Shown piece by piece: positions 27,001-38,577 of a DNA stretch of 64,000 nucleotides (its first letter is position 1; each line of letters begins with the position of its first letter). The stretch lies in contig JAUFOQ010000002.1 of the NCBI GenBank assembly GCA_040285855.1, positions 2,294,001 through 2,358,000 of the forward strand, given 5' to 3'. The notes under the pieces were generated by a model that did no database searches, was not told the origin of the DNA, and saw only the letters and a list, made by a program, of their open reading frames with translations. Source of the stretch: Eukaryota sp. GEM-RC1. Its lineage: Eukaryota. Position numbers and translations under genes: made by a program.

Positions 27001-27718
27001 ACATTTTAGAAGCAACTGTAGCAGTTGCGAAGATGTGATTTTGCTTAAATCTGCAAGAGGCACATCGGTTCTTATAGCAAATTGAGTTGGGCGAAAAGTA
27101 CTCTGGAGTTATTTTGACTTCATCTTGGAGAGCTGAGACGACAAAGTCAGCATTTCCTCTTATGTCTATAGCTTGATCTTGGGGCGGTTTGATTTCTTTA
27201 ATCGGACCTGATGCACCTGAGCGATACGCAGGTTTAAATGTCTTGACCCAGTCCTTGCTCCCTAGCATTAAGACCGTATGTAAGTCAAACACTTCTTTGA
27301 ATTGCAAATGTGGCTCTTCTGGATCCCGGTTCCAGAAGACGGTCAATGGACTAGAAGTAGGTCTGTAAGGACGGCGGTCTTAAGATCGAATATCTGTCAT
27401 TAGGATTCCGTACCGCATCGGTCGAACTCTGAGGGAACAATCGTCGAGGTCGACATTATCCCTGAAATACTCTTTTGAGGAATCAAGTGATTCTCTGAGC
27501 ACACTATCACGGGAGAAGTAATACAGTCTTCCACATTTAACATTCAGGGCTAAATATGTGGATGAGGAAAGGAGTGCGTTGCTTGATACCTTAGTACAGA
27601 AGATGGATTTAACACCGGTTTCTGGTGGAGCGTCAGGCAAACTGTTAGAATCCCTGGGGGTGGGCACAAGATGATATTTACACTTCGAAAACAAGTAAGA
27701 TATAGATGTAGATAACAT
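24100..27718 (-). CDS. Large protein with GGxGG glycine-rich repeats and Ig-like beta domains; interrupted
   Basis: Collinear ORFs 27380-27718, 26015-27346, 25092-26024 and 24307-24972; in-frame TAA at 27380 plus homopolymer indels. Confidence 0.6.
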
Positions 27719-28282
27719 GATGATCTAGGTGATGTATGAGTGAGAGACAGAATCTTGATTTAGAAATGGGCCAAAATAGACCTAAACACGATTCATCATA
27801 TCATTCACTTGATGACTCATTTCGTTAAACCTACTCTGAATATCTTTTCGAGCACAAATTCAATGTCTTCCAAATCGATATGCATAACTGGTTCATCTAC
27901 TGACACGTACTCAGCTATCCTGTCATTGACTTCCCACTTACTATCTCTTCTCACATACTAGAATATTGCAATATCGATGTGTACAATATCAGTTTATCAA
28001 TGCTGGCCATCCCAATGCAGAATTTTCTACTAGTACGGCTACATTGTAGTGTTATAGCATGTTGAAAAGTATATTCTTGCATTAATGATGGTGGAAAGAT
28101 GATATTTTAAGTGAATAAAGTGTACATAATTGGTGTACATTGCACTTCTAACTAGATGTTCCTCCAAAGTTGTTGAAATCAGCAATCTGAAATTTATGAA
28201 AAACCAAAAATTATATAAATGAATGATCTCTAAATGAGAAGAAACGATACCGACAAGTCAGCGAAACTAAAAAAAACTAATC

Positions 28283-29125
28283 CTAAACTAATAAAACACT
28301 ATTAATGACACCTAAGATTAGAACAAAAAGTGATACAAACCATCATTCTCAGGGTTATTCGTAACCTGTGCATACTTACCCCAAACAACCTTACCTCCCG
28401 CAGTCACAAGCCCCAAGGAAGACACATTCACCTCCAGAACAGTTCCTTTAGTGATGATTCCAAGGTTCGTGTATGTTGCTGAAGAGGGATTCTTCTTGAC
28501 CCCTATTATGTCTAAATAAAAGGTAGTTTTCAGTTCTGGATGTGTGACATGTGCCTTTTTAAAACGAAGACCTGAAGGACGAATGAAACGTTCATACTTT
28601 GGAGGTTTACGGGTGAAGCCATCACCAACAAAAGTAGCTTTTGTGACCATACGTTTCCACGTCTTCTTTTGTCGTTGTCCTGTCCTAATTACTTTGAAAA
28701 TTTCATCTTCTGGAAGAGCTCTGATTTTCGGTATGGGGACATCCCATTTGCCAGCTTTTTCCTTCTTTTTCTGTTTGATCATGTTTGATAGTACCTTTCC
28801 ACGAGAGACGTTCTCACGATCTAATAGATAAGCTGGAACAGCACCCTCGGGGACATTATCGTCAACAGTTCGAGAGGTGTCCCGTTTTTCATGTTGATTA
28901 ATAAGTTTACGCATCTGAGCCTTTTCCTTGAAGCGTTTTTTGTTGAGAAGTTTAGCATGAAGTCCATGTACGGATTTAGCTTCTTTGGCAATTCTGTGAG
29001 GTTCACGTGCTTCCTTCTTACGTCTAAGATAAGGCCAGATTTTAAGATGCATACTGGCGCTCGTGATGATCAAGACGTCGACCATGTCGTTTTATATGAA
29101 GTTCAATATGTTCGTTTTGTGGCAT
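28283..29125 (-). CDS. NSA2: Ribosome biogenesis protein NSA2
   Basis: MPQNEHIE...WKRMVTK...[20 protein letters not shown]; introns 29024-29054 and 28312-28340. Confidence 0.97.
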
Positions 29126-29185
29126 TTTAAGTTAGGGAAGAGTGAGAACAAAGAAGTTGTCTTCTCTTGCAAAACCCAATCTCAA

Positions 29186-30238
29186 ATGTCTGAACAATCC
29201 TCACTCTTCATTGTTGATACCCGAACAGCCTCTGATATCGCTGCTTCACGTAAGCGTCTTCACCAAGATCTTGTCCTCGCTGGCGATCCATCTGTTATTC
29301 CTGTAGTAAAAAAACCAGTCAAAAAACACACTGACGAACTCTCTAAGTCCGATGAAGCTTTCTTTAAGCGTCAAATCAACGCTATCAAGAGCGATCAACA
29401 ATCTCAACCAAAACCTTCAAAAACTACTGCTGTTCAAGACATCTGGAACTCTCCTCCATCCAACCCCTCCAACCAACCACGCACTTTAAACTCTACTGCT
29501 AAATCTGTCCCTGCTCCCAATCCTGGTCAGTCCTACAACCCCGATCAGCAGCAACACAAAGAACTCTTAGATACTGCTGTTGCTCAGGCTGTGGTTGACG
29601 ACGATTCAGAGAAGTATACGTTCAGTAGAATCCCAAGAAATGCTGGAGTCCTCAGTGGAATGCCTGTTGAAGAGGCTGCTCATTACCCGGGCCCTGTTAA
29701 AGTCACTACAGCCACTTCAATTTCACGTAGATCTAAGAGGAACCAAAAGGCTGAAGAACCAGTTGAAACTCCAACTGTTAAAGCCCAGACAACTTCTAAT
29801 GCTAAATCTAACAACAAGAAGAAAGCACTTGCATCTGCTACTGCTGTTAATCAAGCTCAACTTGACGCAGACAAGAATCAGCGAAAAGAAGGACATTTGA
29901 TTAGCCAGTTTATTAGCCAAGCTGAAGAAAAGAAGTTCAACACAATGACAGCTGACCACACTCGGCAAGTTGGAGAGTTTCCTTCTAGACTTGGTCCTGT
30001 TAAGTATCAGGAACCACTGCCCGATGTTCTTACTGTTGATGAACTTCCCTCAAAGTTCTCAAGTCTGCCTCTAGAAACTTCTGTTGTAGAGGATCGGTAC
30101 ACTTCTATTCTACGTAGGGGTCTCGTTGAACCCAGGAAGAAGCAGTATAAGAGAAACAAGTATCCTATCAAGATGAAGAGCAGAGGTTATCACTTTAGTG
30201 ATGTTATTAGAGGAGTTGGGAAGGAGTTTAAAGAGTAA
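29186..30238 (+). CDS. NOP53: 60S ribosome biogenesis factor NOP53
   Basis: Motifs LFIVD (AIM-like), PGQSYNP...HKELL, RLG..KY and DRY.S..RRGLVEPR. Confidence 0.85.
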   Translation: MSEQSSLFIVDTRTASDIAASRKRLHQDLVLAGDPSVIPVVKKPVKKHTDELSKSDEAFFKRQINAIKSDQQSQPKPSKTTAVQDIWNSPPSNPSNQPRTLNSTAKSVPAPNPGQSYNPDQQQHKELLDTAVAQAVVDDDSEKYTFSRIPRNAGVLSGMPVEEAAHYPGPVKVTTATSISRRSKRNQKAEEPVETPTVKAQTTSNAKSNNKKKALASATAVNQAQLDADKNQRKEGHLISQFISQAEEKKFNTMTADHTRQVGEFPSRLGPVKYQEPLPDVLTVDELPSKFSSLPLETSVVEDRYTSILRRGLVEPRKKQYKRNKYPIKMKSRGYHFSDVIRGVGKEFKE

Positions 30239-31599
30239 GGGGATTAGGAGTAGTTGTCTTTTTTGTTCTCTAGTTTGAGGTTTAGTAATTATTAGTTATT
30301 TTTCTTATTTTGTTGGATTTATTCCATTATAGATTTGCAGTTATAGTGTACTGAAAGTTGATTAAATATTCGTTATTTAGATGTTCTCCTTTTCTTCTGT
30401 AAATTGTCCTTAATGTATCCAAAAAAAACTGTAGACTAAGTTACCAAGTGCGAGTTACGATTGGCTCAAAACTGAACCGTAAATTCATTTTGGATGAGAC
30501 TAAACACTAAATTTACTGTCGTAATATACTAGCACTGTGATACCATGTGTGTAGAAAAGAGACCACTCACGTGGATGATTTTCGTGTTGAGTAAAAGAAG
30601 TGATCTCTCGTGATCAATGAAGAAGATTCGAATTCAACTTCGCAATTGACGACTGTTCTAAAGGATCGCACATTTGTAAAAGCCTTTTAGTAGGTGGAAC
30701 CATAAAACCGGTTAAAGAAATTTGAAGGTTTTATGTTATAAATTCACGAATAAAACTACTACATTGTAGTACTTAAAAGATATAATGATCCACATCTACT
30801 AGTACTCTTGAGCTACCACGATACTATTTGTCCAGAATACGATTCAAATACTTTGGGAAACTTCTATATAGGGAAAAAACAATGCGATTGCGCCAAAGAG
30901 ACCGATTAAAATTTTTCCTATGGCCACGGCACAATTTTGGAACGGCATCAAAGAAATTTGCAGCAGCAATTCCAATATTACCAAGAATTGAAATAGCAAA
31001 AGGAATGAATTTAGAAGAAGAATACAAATTGGAATTTAGTTTGTTCATTGTGTCAGAGTATGTATCAATTTTTTTTAAAATTAACGAATTTAATTGTAAT
31101 GATGACAGACAGAATCAATTTTTTTTGTAAATTAAGAGCATACGTCGTTGTCGCTTCTTTGTCGATGCAGTGTCTGTTGATATTTGTAATAAGACATCCT
31201 TGAAAAGGATGCTTACTCTGAAATTTCCCATTTGGACAGTTCTGAACAAGTCAAACCGGATCAATAGAAAAAGCATTGACTTCTCTGAAAGCGACGAGTG
31301 TTGTTTTAATGATATCAAATTTTAGTTTCTTTAGCATATTACATTTATAAACATCATGTATTTACAATTTTTAGACAGTCTTGTATGTGGTGTGAGTTCC
31401 AAACCAAACTATTTGACTCATTGTAGTTTGTTTCCATTGTATCTGTATTTGTTGTATAAACAAAAAGATAAGAACAGAAACGTTGAATAGTGACATAAAA
31501 AACAATTGTCATGTTGATGTTGCCAATCATTGTAACTTCTTATAGTTTCTGGATTAGTATGTGTTAATCTATTGTTTTTAAAAAGAAAACTTGGTTCAA

Positions 31600-33700
31600 A
31601 ACAAACACTTCATTAGAACTACATTGTACTAGTAAACTAATTGGTATTGAATCCCACTGGCAATCTCAAAGAAGTAGCTTTTATGGAAAACACTAATTGG
31701 TTCAACAACAGCAGTACTTGGCGTCGATTCATTATTTACCTTATTTCACTCCTAAAATTAATTTACTTTCAAATTGACCGTCAGATTTAGTAAATAACTC
31801 ATACATCATCAAATCAACTAGAGCTGTTGAAAAAGGTGATCCTCTTGGTACATTTTTTTTGGCTCGCATTACAATCATTTTTTTTCATAAATGGGTTTTC
31901 TTCATAATTGAATTCTGTCATGACGTCACACTTGTATGACATGACAGTAGGTCAAGCAACCACTATTTCTCATATTTATTGATGGTTATTAGCAATAGTT
32001 TATGAATATCCTATTTCTTCTATTTCACACATTTTTCAATTCTTATACCGCTAAGATTCGTCAATACAATACAATACAGTAAAACGGATTCCCTGCTTCA
32101 GTCCATCTATTCATCTTGATCCAACCTTCTTTTTGACTCTCAATGAACTAATCGGACAACTTTTCCATCGTCATGTTGCGATGTAAAATATGATTGAATT
32201 AAAAAGCAATCGAAGATACGTAAATATGTGGTTCTTGACTTAGTAGTGTTGTGTTGAAATAGATTGACATAACGTTGTCTAATACAGGTTCTAACATTGA
32301 GAGCCGCCGTTTTGACAATTACGTTCTGTAATTGATGTTGAAGCAGAGGCTCCAGTTGTCTTCATCGCAACAAGAGCCAACAAGAGACAACAAGAGCCAA
32401 ATTAAGATAGGCGTCGGAACCATAATTGAACCACCGCTGATGAGGTGGGTATTTAGTAGCTTCATCGTCATAAATGTTGTTACCAGAAAACTCTTCAAAA
32501 CCACTGCAAAATTTCTTCTAAACTGGTCCAAATGTCTTCAAAAAATTGAGCATGAGCTTCACACTTTTTGGGGTCCTGAAACAACGGTAAATTGAAAGAA
32601 CGAATTGCAGGATTTAACAGACGAATTATGAACAAGTCTTCATCAACTCCATAATGCATTCTGTTGAAAATAATAAAGTCAATTTCGTACAATCTTTCCT
32701 CAAGTACTTCGGGGGGGGGTTCTTCAGCACTTATATTCTAATTTTCCTTCACAATAGTTCTTGCTACTCAAATGGGCAAATGATTTATAACCCGAATCTT
32801 CTGAGTCAGACATTCGTAAAACGATCGTCAACAGAGCTGTTAATGAACAAAAGATTTCACAATTTACCCAGTAGTCAGAAGAACTTTTTAACAAATTAAA
32901 AGAGAAATACCCTGAGGTGGATTTGTTGCTTACATTTGTCAGATGATTCTTCATTGATTGGACCTATGAGCGTGTTTCAAGAATCTAGTCTTGACAATTT
33001 TGTTGAAATTTTCAAGTCTATTGGTTTGGAGATCAAATTGAATAAGTGTTTCTTGATCGGAAAAGAAAATGATAAAAATACATATGGCCAACTCTTCTGT
33101 TGAGTCTATCAAATTTTTGGGTACCTAATTTGGAAATCGAGGTAAATTTTGAAATAGTTTATATAATTCTTTGAATATGCTTCAATCCCAGTTGCAATGA
33201 ATTCAAGATGTTAAGATTGTAAAACACTTGGCTTTTTCAATGCTTTCAGTTTGATTTAGTTCAAAAATTAATCATTTTATGAGATCTTTGCCTCCCTGAT
33301 ATTTCAAGGGAAATAGCTCAAAAATTCAATGAAATTAGAAATATTTTGTTGGATAGTCTTGTAGAAATTGACTCAAACAAACTTCCTTATCATGCATTCA
33401 TTTCCCCTTTTTTTCGAGGTGTTGTATTTTCTAGAGCTGAGTATTTGTGCCAAAGTGCATATATTGGTATTTTGAAAAATTTTCTTTTCAAAATTCGTTT
33501 GAGATTTAGTGATATTCACCTCTTGATTGTATCATTCAAGAAATTATCTGCTAACATTTGGAACAAGTGTTTTCCTAAGTTAATCACGTCCATCCCTGAT
33601 AGGCCTCTACTAGTATCAGATGATCTATTGCCATCAGATTATGTCAATGTTATTAATTTGATAGCGATGTAGATATATTCCAAGATTTTCTCTTAAAATA
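31600..33700 (+). mobile_element. Decayed non-LTR retrotransposon RT region, split by about 1 kb of other sequence
   Basis: KGDPLG motif near 31830. After about 32890: LKEKYPEV, a YADD-like remnant, GLEIKLNKCFLI, IKFLG and SSKINHFMRSLPP. Many stops. Confidence 0.65.
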
Positions 33701-34059
33701 AATGGTTTGAAAACAATAAAGTAAATGTTACCAGAAGCAAATCCAAGTATTGGAAGATACGTCTGATCATCAGACAGTGAAGTGCACATTCACATGATCT
33801 AACAAAAGAAGGCACATAATAAAGTGAACATCAAGCAGAAGGAACATAATGCAACAAGCAGAGCGAAAAGACACTCAAACTGTTTTAGACTGATCAGGAG
33901 GTGAAAAGCATTTAAGAAGTCAGCCATGTGCAATTGTGTACAAAGAATGAATGCCGAGTATAAAGAGACACCTTTAAAGTATGAAATGAGAGAAGAAATT
34001 GCTCATGACGTCTTCCCTTGTCCCAGCTGAAATTCTCACTATTATTCTCAGTGAATTTT

Positions 34060-35240
34060 CCTTCTCTAATCAAACCATTTCATTTGGTATAGATTCCATG
34101 GAAGAAACCAAATCTGTACATGCTGCTTGTTCTACCTACTTCCGATCCCTCTGGTTCTGAGATAAAAATGAGAACCCCATTGACTTCTCTCATCTTCCCG
34201 TTACTTCGGACACTTTCTTTTCTTTCATTAGATCGTTCTATGGAAAGTCATTTATTCTTAACGAGACCAATACATACCATTTTTACTGTCTAATCCACTA
34301 CTTTCAAGTAGATCAACTCATTGACCAATTTGAAACCCACCTCAACACTCATCTCGTAACCTGGGCTTGGTTAAAACCATTCATTAAAGAAGCAGATGAA
34401 GGAAATGACTTGAGAGCTCTGGACTTCGTTGGTCCTTTCCTTTCCAAAATTGATGACTTATTGATTGATGACGTGATGGCAATCACTACCGAAGGATTTG
34501 AAGTACTTTCCCAGTCTTGCACCCTCGCTCAATCACTGTCGTGGTTCATCAAATCAATGGTGAACTTTATTCTCAATCAAAATTCCGATTTTCAAATGTT
34601 TTAAATTCTTGTTCAGTCGAAGTTCTTTTTTTTACTACAATGGAATGAGTTTTTATTTATATCTTCAAGAACATTTAAAAGAATTTGAAGCTGATTTGGT
34701 GATGTTTTCAGTTACAAGAATCAAAATTCGCTGTATTGACTCATTGCCTAAGGAAAATTCTGAATTAGTATCGTATATTGATAATTTAGAACCTGAAATT
34801 GAAAAATTGGGAACAATTGCCACAGAAACTCAATCTGTTCCTGAATCAAAAGTGATTAGATTCTCTCAAACTAGAAAGCATCCTGAATTACGTGTCTCTG
34901 ATGATAGAAAGAGAGTTGTTAACATTGGTGGAGGATGGGATTTGGCGAGAACTTCCACTACTTCAAGGTAATGTGTATACTTGGAAGTTGAGGTATCTGG
35001 GGTCTACTGATTTATGTCGGAGTTATTTACGAGTAGTGCTGGTGGTCGTTGTTTTGAGAATGCTTACTGTTCTTCAAATAGCGGCTTTAGTAAGAATGTT
35101 TCCGGGTGTCTCTCAGGAAAAATTGCTAAGTAGAATCCTGGTGAACTACTCGAAATCAATGTGGCTCTTATTAACTGCAGTCAGCTACAATCAGATCCGT
35201 GGTTGATTCCTCAATTGACCTTCATGGACACCTGAATAGC
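34060..35240 (+). pseudogene. Disrupted BTB/BACK + SPRY-like gene
   Basis: Fragments HAACSTYFRSL and VIRFSQTRKHPELRVSDDRKRV..YTWKLRY; several stops and frameshifts. Confidence 0.4.
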
Positions 35241-35334
35241 ATCAGAGGTTATTACTTATGAAGTGGTAAATAATAATTTCTTATGAAGAAAAGTCCTACT
35301 ATACTGCTGCTGCAAACCAACAATAGTAGCCCTA

Positions 35335-35736
35335 TCAGCAAGAAAGATGTTGTTGATTTCCAGTTGCCCAAGGGGAGATTGTGTTAGGATAATTACCCAT
35401 TTCAACAACTGGATTAAACCAAGGATGTCCTTCAGGTTCAGCAGTTTCACGAACAGTTTTAGTCACACCTTCTACAGTACCACATTCATTGTAATTGGCT
35501 AAAGCTCTCCAAGAGCTATAAGGATATTCACACTCAGCCAAAGTTTCATCATTATACAAACGCCACGGACAATGCACAAGGGGAGTGTCTTCAACAACAA
35601 TAGATTTAAGTTGTTTTGCAACTTGGATTGTTTTCCATTGACGTGACAAAGACATGAAGTTAAAAAAAGCTTTATTGAGAAAGATATAAATCTGTATCTT
35701 CAGTAGACCATCCACATACTTCACAATATTGGGCAT
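35335..35736 (-). CDS. Hypothetical protein
   Basis: 133-aa ORF with no recognised motif. Confidence 0.35.
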   Translation of the reverse strand: MPNIVKYVDGLLKIQIYIFLNKAFFNFMSLSRQWKTIQVAKQLKSIVVEDTPLVHCPWRLYNDETLAECEYPYSSWRALANYNECGTVEGVTKTVRETAEPEGHPWFNPVVEMGNYPNTISPWATGNQQHLSC

Positions 35737-35760
35737 TATGGGTTCGATCTATCGAACGAT

Positions 35761-35866
35761 TCTTTCATTTTCTGAATTAGTATGTATCTTTCATTTTCTG
35801 AATTAGTATGTATTAATTTATTGTTGCTTTCATTTTCTGAATTAGTATGTATTAGTTTATTGTTGC
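35761..35866. repeat. Tandem repeat, 3 copies of ctttcattttctgaattagtatgta
   Basis: Directly visible in the sequence. Confidence 0.9.
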
Positions 35867-36268
35867 AAATAAACTCTTATATATGAAGAAAAGTTATTTT
35901 CTTTTTAATGTGTGGAGGACATGACTTTACATTCATGGATCCAATTTAATTCGAATTTCTCGAAGTGTAACTCTACTTTTATTATTCTTTTCAAGATCTC
36001 AAGTGGGTATCAAAGTTATTATCAGTAACAACAATGTTTGGTTTTGTTCTCTGTTGATATAACTAAGTTTTAAAGTAGTTCATCTCAAGCACATGAGACA
36101 TTTACCAATGTACTTTCATGTAGCTCATAGCTCCCTCCAATTATACTTTTAATAAAAGAAAATGTTACTGTTAATTTAATAAAATAACCACAACTGTAAG
36201 AAACCAGGAAAAAACAGACTAAATACGATCAACTAAACACCAATTAAAATAACTAATTTTTCAATACT

Positions 36269-37225
36269 TTAATTTCTACGACCTCTTTTCCTAGGACCTC
36301 CTCTACCCTTACGGTTCTTCCTCAAAGCAGCCTTCTTTTCCTTTGCTTCTATATAAAACATAGCCTCATCAGCACCAGTTAAAACAACCAACTCAGGAGT
36401 CTGACCTCCAATCTTAATCGAATCTTCCTGTAACTTATCAGCTACCTTCTGAGCTACTTTCTCCTCTGCCACGTCACTGAATCTAATCTTTGCACTGGGT
36501 TCTCCCTGAGAATAGGCAACGTACCCAACGGTAGCAAAAGGAGACAGAAGTTCTGTGAGGATCTCCCGTGTGCAGGTAGCTGGAAGGTTCTTGATCTCTA
36601 GTAGACAACCTTCCACAAACTCAACACCTTCGTCCTCTTCCTCGTCTTCTAAAGACTTCTTGTCAGTCTTGGCATCTTGCTTGGCTTCCCTACGCTTGGA
36701 GGTGCGTTGTTCTCTTTGCTCAGCCTTGCGTTTGAAGTAGTCGGGAGCATACTCAGTTTTGGCTTCGAAATCAAGTTCTTGGTCTAGGAAAGACTTAGCC
36801 TCTTCAACGGTAGAGAACTCAACAATGGCGGAATCGTACTTTTGGGTATGGAAGTTACGGCGAAGTCTGACACATTGAATGGTTCCGTACTTTGACAGGA
36901 GTTCTTCGACTGATTCGATGGTACTGTCTTCAGGAACTGGCTTGACGCGGACAGATCGTTCTTCTGACGTGTCTTTTTCAGGGAGTGGAGCGACACGTCG
37001 GACTTTGGTTTTGTCTTCAGAAAGTGCAACAACAGTGGAGTCTTTGAGTTGTTCAGCTAATTCAGGAGTGGTGAGGTTGAAGCTCTTCATGCGGTTGAAG
37101 CTGTTGATGACATCAAGTGAAATCCAGCCTTCAGGGGTTTGTTTCGCAGTACTGAGAAGAAACTTGTCTTTAAGATAGTTGGAGTCACTAAAGTAGAACT
37201 CTACTTGTTGAAGGGCAGTTTTCAT
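36269..37225 (-). CDS. SSB: La autoantigen (La motif, RRM, xRRM)
   Basis: QVEFYFSDSNYLKDKFL, FNRMK, two RRM-like domains and a basic tail. Confidence 0.92.
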   Translation of the reverse strand: MKTALQQVEFYFSDSNYLKDKFLLSTAKQTPEGWISLDVINSFNRMKSFNLTTPELAEQLKDSTVVALSEDKTKVRRVAPLPEKDTSEERSVRVKPVPEDSTIESVEELLSKYGTIQCVRLRRNFHTQKYDSAIVEFSTVEEAKSFLDQELDFEAKTEYAPDYFKRKAEQREQRTSKRREAKQDAKTDKKSLEDEEEDEGVEFVEGCLLEIKNLPATCTREILTELLSPFATVGYVAYSQGEPSAKIRFSDVAEEKVAQKVADKLQEDSIKIGGQTPELVVLTGADEAMFYIEAKEKKAALRKNRKGRGGPRKRGRRN

Positions 37226-37513
37226 AGGAGAGAGGAAATTAAAAAAAAGACTCCTTGTTCCCTTTTCCACAGCTTTCCTATCATACATTCATACGAAACT
37301 ATTAATAGTAACCGCAGAATATCTTCGCTAAAAAATAAAAATCACTTGTAGAGACGAAAATGATTTACCTTCTAAGTATACGATTCTTTTGACAATACCA
37401 GGAATATGTAGTTTTTTTGTTCAAGTTCTATTTATTGACAACAACACTACGGTGTACGTACATCTAATAATCAATATCCTCAAAGTCCAAATTGTCTACT
37501 TGGACATTCTTAC

Positions 37514-38420
37514 CTACCATATCCTCATAATGGCTGTTAAGTGATAATAAAATTTCAGATCCAGAAGACACCATACCTTTAATGATAGCAAACGCAATTC
37601 GATTTTTCCAAAATCTAAGATCAAAAGTCCTAGATGTTTTTCTTTTACAATCTTCACAAAGAATTCAAGTAATGATGTTTTGGATTCACCTAAAGACCCG
37701 CACAGTGAAAGAACAAAAGGGTACAACAAAGAATTGGAGTGTGAAACCGAATTCAATTATTTCAGTTTATCACCAATTTTCCATTTTAAATTTTTCACTA
37801 ATCAACAGAGAATTTTAAACATAAGATGTAGATAGTTTCTTGTTAAAATCATTTCAAACATCGATAGACAGAACATCATCAATAATGAAAGATCCAACGA
37901 GACCAGGAAATATCACATCACCACGGCTATTTCCAAACGATTTGTCAACATCCGTATCATCAAACAAACCAGCCAGAACTGGTTTTAAAAGGAAACTATT
38001 CCATAAGATTTACACATATAATATAATTGATCCCTTACTGGGTCATGAACCCTACTTCTAAAAAGAAATAAGACGGTTACAATTCAATAACGGTTAAAAT
38101 CTTTATTTAAAGTGGTTTCGACTACAGAAATTTGTGAAACCAAGTGTTGAAAGACAGTCATCTTGATGATGTCTTGATTTAGATGGTTTAGCCTTATTTT
38201 TCATCAATTTCTGGACAAACGTGACTGTCGTACGGATATTTATTGACTATGGCACTGGTTTATAAACCGTGAAGACAGCTGTGCAATATTTTTCAAATCA
38301 GATGCCTCACTATCTACCAGCTTTTAAAATGGAACAAGATTCGTTGTCATTTTGGAGGTCCTCTGGTTTGTGGAATTGGAAATCATTGAAGAGATTCTTT
38401 TCAAAAGATCGAAGCAACTG
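37514..38420 (-). mobile_element. 3' remnant of an RLE-type (CRE-like) non-LTR retrotransposon
   Basis: RGDVIFPGLVGSFIIDDVLSID (restriction-like endonuclease core) and YPFVLSLCGSLGE; many stops. Confidence 0.6.
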
Positions 38421-38423
38421 TGG

Positions 38424-38577
38424 ACACGGGACCTTTTTCGAACACGGGGCAACATAGAACAAGACCCAAGTAAGAGCAGAAAGTCTCCTAAACAAGAGAC
38501 TTCTCTAAGAGGGGAGATTGTCTATGATTGCTCAGATAACTACGGATTCACGTAGTAAATAAAGGCTATGACTATGA
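38424..38577 (-). ncRNA. Candidate Fanzor omegaRNA scaffold (locus A)
   Basis: Immediately 3' of the Fanzor stop; hairpins actacg-tgaatc-cgtagt and aagtctctt-gttt-aggagactt; ends near aaaggtcccgtgt. Confidence 0.55.
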
